From contig CAZWKA010000004.1 in assembly GCA_964634875.1 (NCBI GenBank), positions 15,640 to 79,639 on the forward strand: a stretch of 64,000 nucleotides of DNA, written 5' to 3'. The stretch's first letter is position 1; every line of letters begins with the position of its first letter. Source of the DNA: an uncultured Gammaproteobacteria bacterium. Lineage in GTDB: Bacteria; Patescibacteriota; Patescibacteriia; Magasanikbacterales; GWA2-37-8. Position numbers and translations under genes: made by a program. Below, piece by piece: positions 61,128 through 64,000 of the stretch. The notes beneath the pieces are model-generated. The model ran no database searches and was not told the DNA's origin. It saw only the letters and a list, made by a program, of their open reading frames with translations.

Positions 61128-62033
61128 ATGAAAAAAAATAAGACAAATTCAGCTAAGAATATTTTATTCTACGGTTTCGTAGCGCTGATCTGTCTTACCT
61201 TCAGCGGTATTACCGTGGCCGCAGCAACGGGAACGCTTAGTAAAAAAACTACTGTCGTTCGCACAATTAAATTACCAATTGTTCCAGCGCTCGCCGCCAA
61301 ACAAGCCGGTTCGGCTGTTGTACTTAAATGGGGCAAACCAGCGCGCGGCGTTAGCTTTGCTAATTACACCATTTATCGCTCCGAACAATCGGGCAAACTA
61401 GGCACCGCTATCGCGAGCCCTGCCAAAACCATTCTGACTTACACCGATAAAAAAGTCTTGGCGGGTAAAACATATTTCTATTCAATAAAATACGCTGGTA
61501 AAAATACCATCGCTCCAAACGGGCGACAAATCAAAATAAAAATAACACCTTCCAAAGCAGCTCCGACTATCACTGAAACAAAAACTGCCGAACCCTCATT
61601 CTCTACCTCGACTCTTAACGAACCTGTCCCAATTACAGCCAAAGAACCAGACATTTTTTCAAACGGAAACCCGATAGTTCCACCTATCAAAGACGTCAGC
61701 GTCACCGCTGCCGACAACGAACGAATAGTAACTCTTAAACAACTTCAGATTGCCCTCGCTGCTTATTTTGCAGCAACTGGAACCTACCCTGAGGGTACCG
61801 AACTGACACTCGGCCTTGATGAAACCTCGTGTCTTAATACCGATGGCTGGGGCATGGACACCGACTGCCCGTACCCTTACTTTGGCAAGATCCCTAAAGA
61901 CCCTGGCGCCGGCGCTTATGTCTACAACAGCACCGGAGATTATTACACCATTACTAACACCTTAGACGGCAAAGTTCTCGGTCTTAGTGGCAACATTGTG
62001 CTTACCCCCATTGGCTTCGAAAAAAGAAAATAA
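61128..62033 (+). CDS. Secreted Fn3-like domain fused to a pilin/GspG-like globular domain
   Basis: YTIYRS..YTD..GKTYFY, then DNERIVTLKQLQIALAAY..G.YP..IPKDP..Y.Y. Confidence 0.6.
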   Translation: MKKNKTNSAKNILFYGFVALICLTFSGITVAAATGTLSKKTTVVRTIKLPIVPALAAKQAGSAVVLKWGKPARGVSFANYTIYRSEQSGKLGTAIASPAKTILTYTDKKVLAGKTYFYSIKYAGKNTIAPNGRQIKIKITPSKAAPTITETKTAEPSFSTSTLNEPVPITAKEPDIFSNGNPIVPPIKDVSVTAADNERIVTLKQLQIALAAYFAATGTYPEGTELTLGLDETSCLNTDGWGMDTDCPYPYFGKIPKDPGAGAYVYNSTGDYYTITNTLDGKVLGLSGNIVLTPIGFEKRK

Positions 62034-62234
62034 CCCCCTTTTGTACTTTTTCCCCACCTAGCAGTATACGCCATACTGGTAAAGCAATAACTGCTGGGGG
62101 GGGGCAGCAATTGTACCCGGCAAAACTATTTCGACACAAAAATCAGCTTCACCGTGACAGAAATTGCTGAGCACAAAGGCCCTGCAAACTGCCGGAATGT
62201 AATCAACGACCTCGTCTACGACCTCATAAAATAG

Positions 62235-62325
62235 TTTTGGCTAAAAACCAAGATTTTCTTGATTTTTAGCCAAAATTAATTTGACAAAAAGGCTAATATA
62301 TGATAAATATGATATATCATATATC
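62235..62325 (+). promoter_or_regulatory. Promoter with palindromes upstream of the AbrB-like gene
   Basis: Inverted repeat TTTTGGCTAAAAA..TTTTTAGCCAAAA, TTGACA at 62281 and palindrome ATATGATATATCATAT. Confidence 0.55.
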
Positions 62326-62342
62326 TCCTATTTAATGTTGCT

Positions 62343-62687
62343 ATGGTTCTAAAAAAACGGGTACAGCCCAGTAAAAAACTGCTGGCCGCACACAATCGTA
62401 TTCAGCGGGGCGACCGACTCTACGGCGCAGCAACCATCGGTGAGCGAGGTCAAATCGTCATTCCGGCTGAAGCCCGCAAAGACTTTGGGCTTAAGCCAGG
62501 CGACCAAGTCTTGGCCCTTGGCAATAAAGTCGGCAAAGTACTCACCTTTATTAAAGCTGATAACGTAGGCGAATTCGTGAACATGGTACTTGGCCACCTC
62601 TCGGGAAGCGGCCTCGAAGAAAACTTTAAAACACATTTTAAAAAAATACTTACTCCCGCCTCCGTAAAGAGGCTTAAAAATAAATAA
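62343..62687 (+). CDS. AbrB/MazE/SpoVT-family regulator
   Basis: YGAATIGERGQIVIPAEARKDFGLKPGD. Confidence 0.88.
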   Translation: MVLKKRVQPSKKLLAAHNRIQRGDRLYGAATIGERGQIVIPAEARKDFGLKPGDQVLALGNKVGKVLTFIKADNVGEFVNMVLGHLSGSGLEENFKTHFKKILTPASVKRLKNK

Positions 62688-62697
62688 CTCACCCACT

Positions 62698-64000
62698 ATG
62701 GACAAAAAATTCCTTACGAAAAAAAGAATTATCTGGAGCATTATTATCTTGGCTGTAGCCGGGCTCATTATCTTCAGCTACATCAACAAAAAGAATGCAC
62801 CCAACACAAACATTCAGACTGATACAGTAAAAAAACAAGATATTGAGCAAACCGTCTTAACGACCGGACAAGTAGTCAGTAAAATTGATCTGGGCTTAAG
62901 TTTTCAAGGTAGCGGAGTTGTCCGCCAAATCCGCGTTAAAGAAGGTGACAAGGTACGCTCGGGTCAGGTTTTGGCTACGCTCGACCAAGCCAGTGCGGGA
63001 GCGAGCCTCACTAGCGCCCTTGGTTCGCTGGCTCAAGCAGAAGCCAACTACCAAAAAGTCCTTTCCGGCGCCAGCAACGAACAGATCATTGTTGCTCAAA
63101 AAGCAGTCGAAGCAGCTGAAACCACTCTCAACAATGCTAAAACAAACCTCGAAAGTATCAAGCAGCAGCAAGCTGTTTTAGTTAAAAATACCTATAACGC
63201 CCTTCTTAACACAACCCCCGCATTAGCTGCCGGACCAAGTAACCGTTCAAGCGCAAACCCTGTCATTAGCGGAACCTATACTGGAGCGGGGCAAGGCCAA
63301 TACAAGCTCACCATTTTTATGGCCGGCAACACTTCTTACATAATCAGTGGTCTTGGTAGCGGAACCGGGCCAATCCCCTTCAATGCTTCGAGTCTTGTTT
63401 CTATCGGTAACGGATTATTTATTCAGTTTCCTGCTGGAACTTACTATCCAGACGACTACTGGACAATCGACATACCGAACACTAAGGCCACCAACTATCT
63501 TACTAATTTAAGCGCCCACCAAAGCGCTCTAGAAACCGAGCGTACTACGCTTAGCACCAGTGAAGCGCAAGTCAGGAATGCGGAAATCGCCCTTGAACAA
63601 GCCAAAGCCAGTCTCGCCGTACAGCAAGCCAGCGCCCGCCCGGCTGATATCGCTGTCGCTAAAGCTCAGATCCTTTCCGCCCAAGGCCAAGTAGCTGCTG
63701 CCCGCGCTGCCCTCGGCAACCTCACTTTGCGTGCACCAGCAGCCGGCACAATCACCGAAGTAGCGGTTAAAGTCGGCGAACAAGCCAGCGCCCTGCAGGC
63801 GATCATGACGCTCCAGAATATTGGCGAACTCCATGCCGAAGCCAATGTAAGTGAAGCAAATGTTGCCTCACTCAAAATCGGACAAACTGTTGATTTCACT
63901 TTTGATGCCCTTGGCCCTGACCGCCATTCCAGCGGAACAATCCAAACTATCAACCCGGCTTCGACTGTTGTTTCCGGCGTCGTCAACTACAAAATCACAG
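62698..64000 (+). CDS. Efflux periplasmic adaptor (HlyD/MacA-like), runs off the window
   Basis: Manual translation from ATG 62698: N-terminal TM, LSFQGSG..VKEGDKV..GQVLATLD, LRAPAAGTI, VSEANVASLKIGQ. Confidence 0.88.
   Translation, partial: MDKKFLTKKRIIWSIIILAVAGLIIFSYINKKNAPNTNIQTDTVKKQDIEQTVLTTGQVVSKIDLGLSFQGSGVVRQIRVKEGDKVRSGQVLATLDQASAGASLTSALGSLAQAEANYQKVLSGASNEQIIVAQKAVEAAETTLNNAKTNLESIKQQQAVLVKNTYNALLNTTPALAAGPSNRSSANPVISGTYTGAGQGQYKLTIFMAGNTSYIISGLGSGTGPIPFNASSLVSIGNGLFIQFPAGTYYPDDYWTIDIPNTKATNYLTNLSAHQSALETERTTLSTSEAQVRNAEIALEQAKASLAVQQASARPADIAVAKAQILSAQGQVAAARAALGNLTLRAPAAGTITEVAVKVGEQASALQAIMTLQNIGELHAEANVSEANVASLKIGQTVDFTFDALGPDRHSSGTIQTINPASTVVSGVVNYKIT

Noticed and set aside
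62060-62233. Short open frame after a G-run (GGSNCTRQNYFDTK...)
   Set aside because: No start codon or recognisable family; cannot be supported as a gene or phase-variable locus.

Overview
The window looks like a chromosomal segment of a small-genome Patescibacteria/CPR (Parcubacteria-like) bacterium. This is inferred from the CPR-type pilin, the CxxC-x17-CxxC protein, core genes without Shine-Dalgarno sites and the compact F-type ATP synthase operon. Core content: UvrD-family helicase (partial), rlmN, ABC exporter, atpI/Z-BEFHAGDC, two P-type ATPases, tatD, metG, rsmI, greA/B, topoisomerase IB and tRNA-Asn. Accessory content: an AT-rich island at tRNA-Asn with a decayed serine recombinase, a very GC-rich orphan gene, a crtI-crtB-crtE-lyeJ-like (C45/C50 carotenoid) operon, and an operon with tandem NrdR-box-like sites encoding a Com-like zinc finger, pyrD, a split nrdD and nrdG. 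The best candidate for an undescribed system is the Mu Com-like zinc-finger gene followed by a tandem GAAGCTC-TA-GAAGCTC repeat overlapping a terminator-like hairpin in front of pyrD-nrdD-nrdG, which suggests an RNA-binding switch for nucleotide metabolism. Other strong candidates are a kink-turn-containing leader RNA plus terminator ahead of a P-type ATPase with altered ion ligands, and an unannotated 6S-like RNA. All calls come from reading motifs by eye; no searches or folding programs were run.
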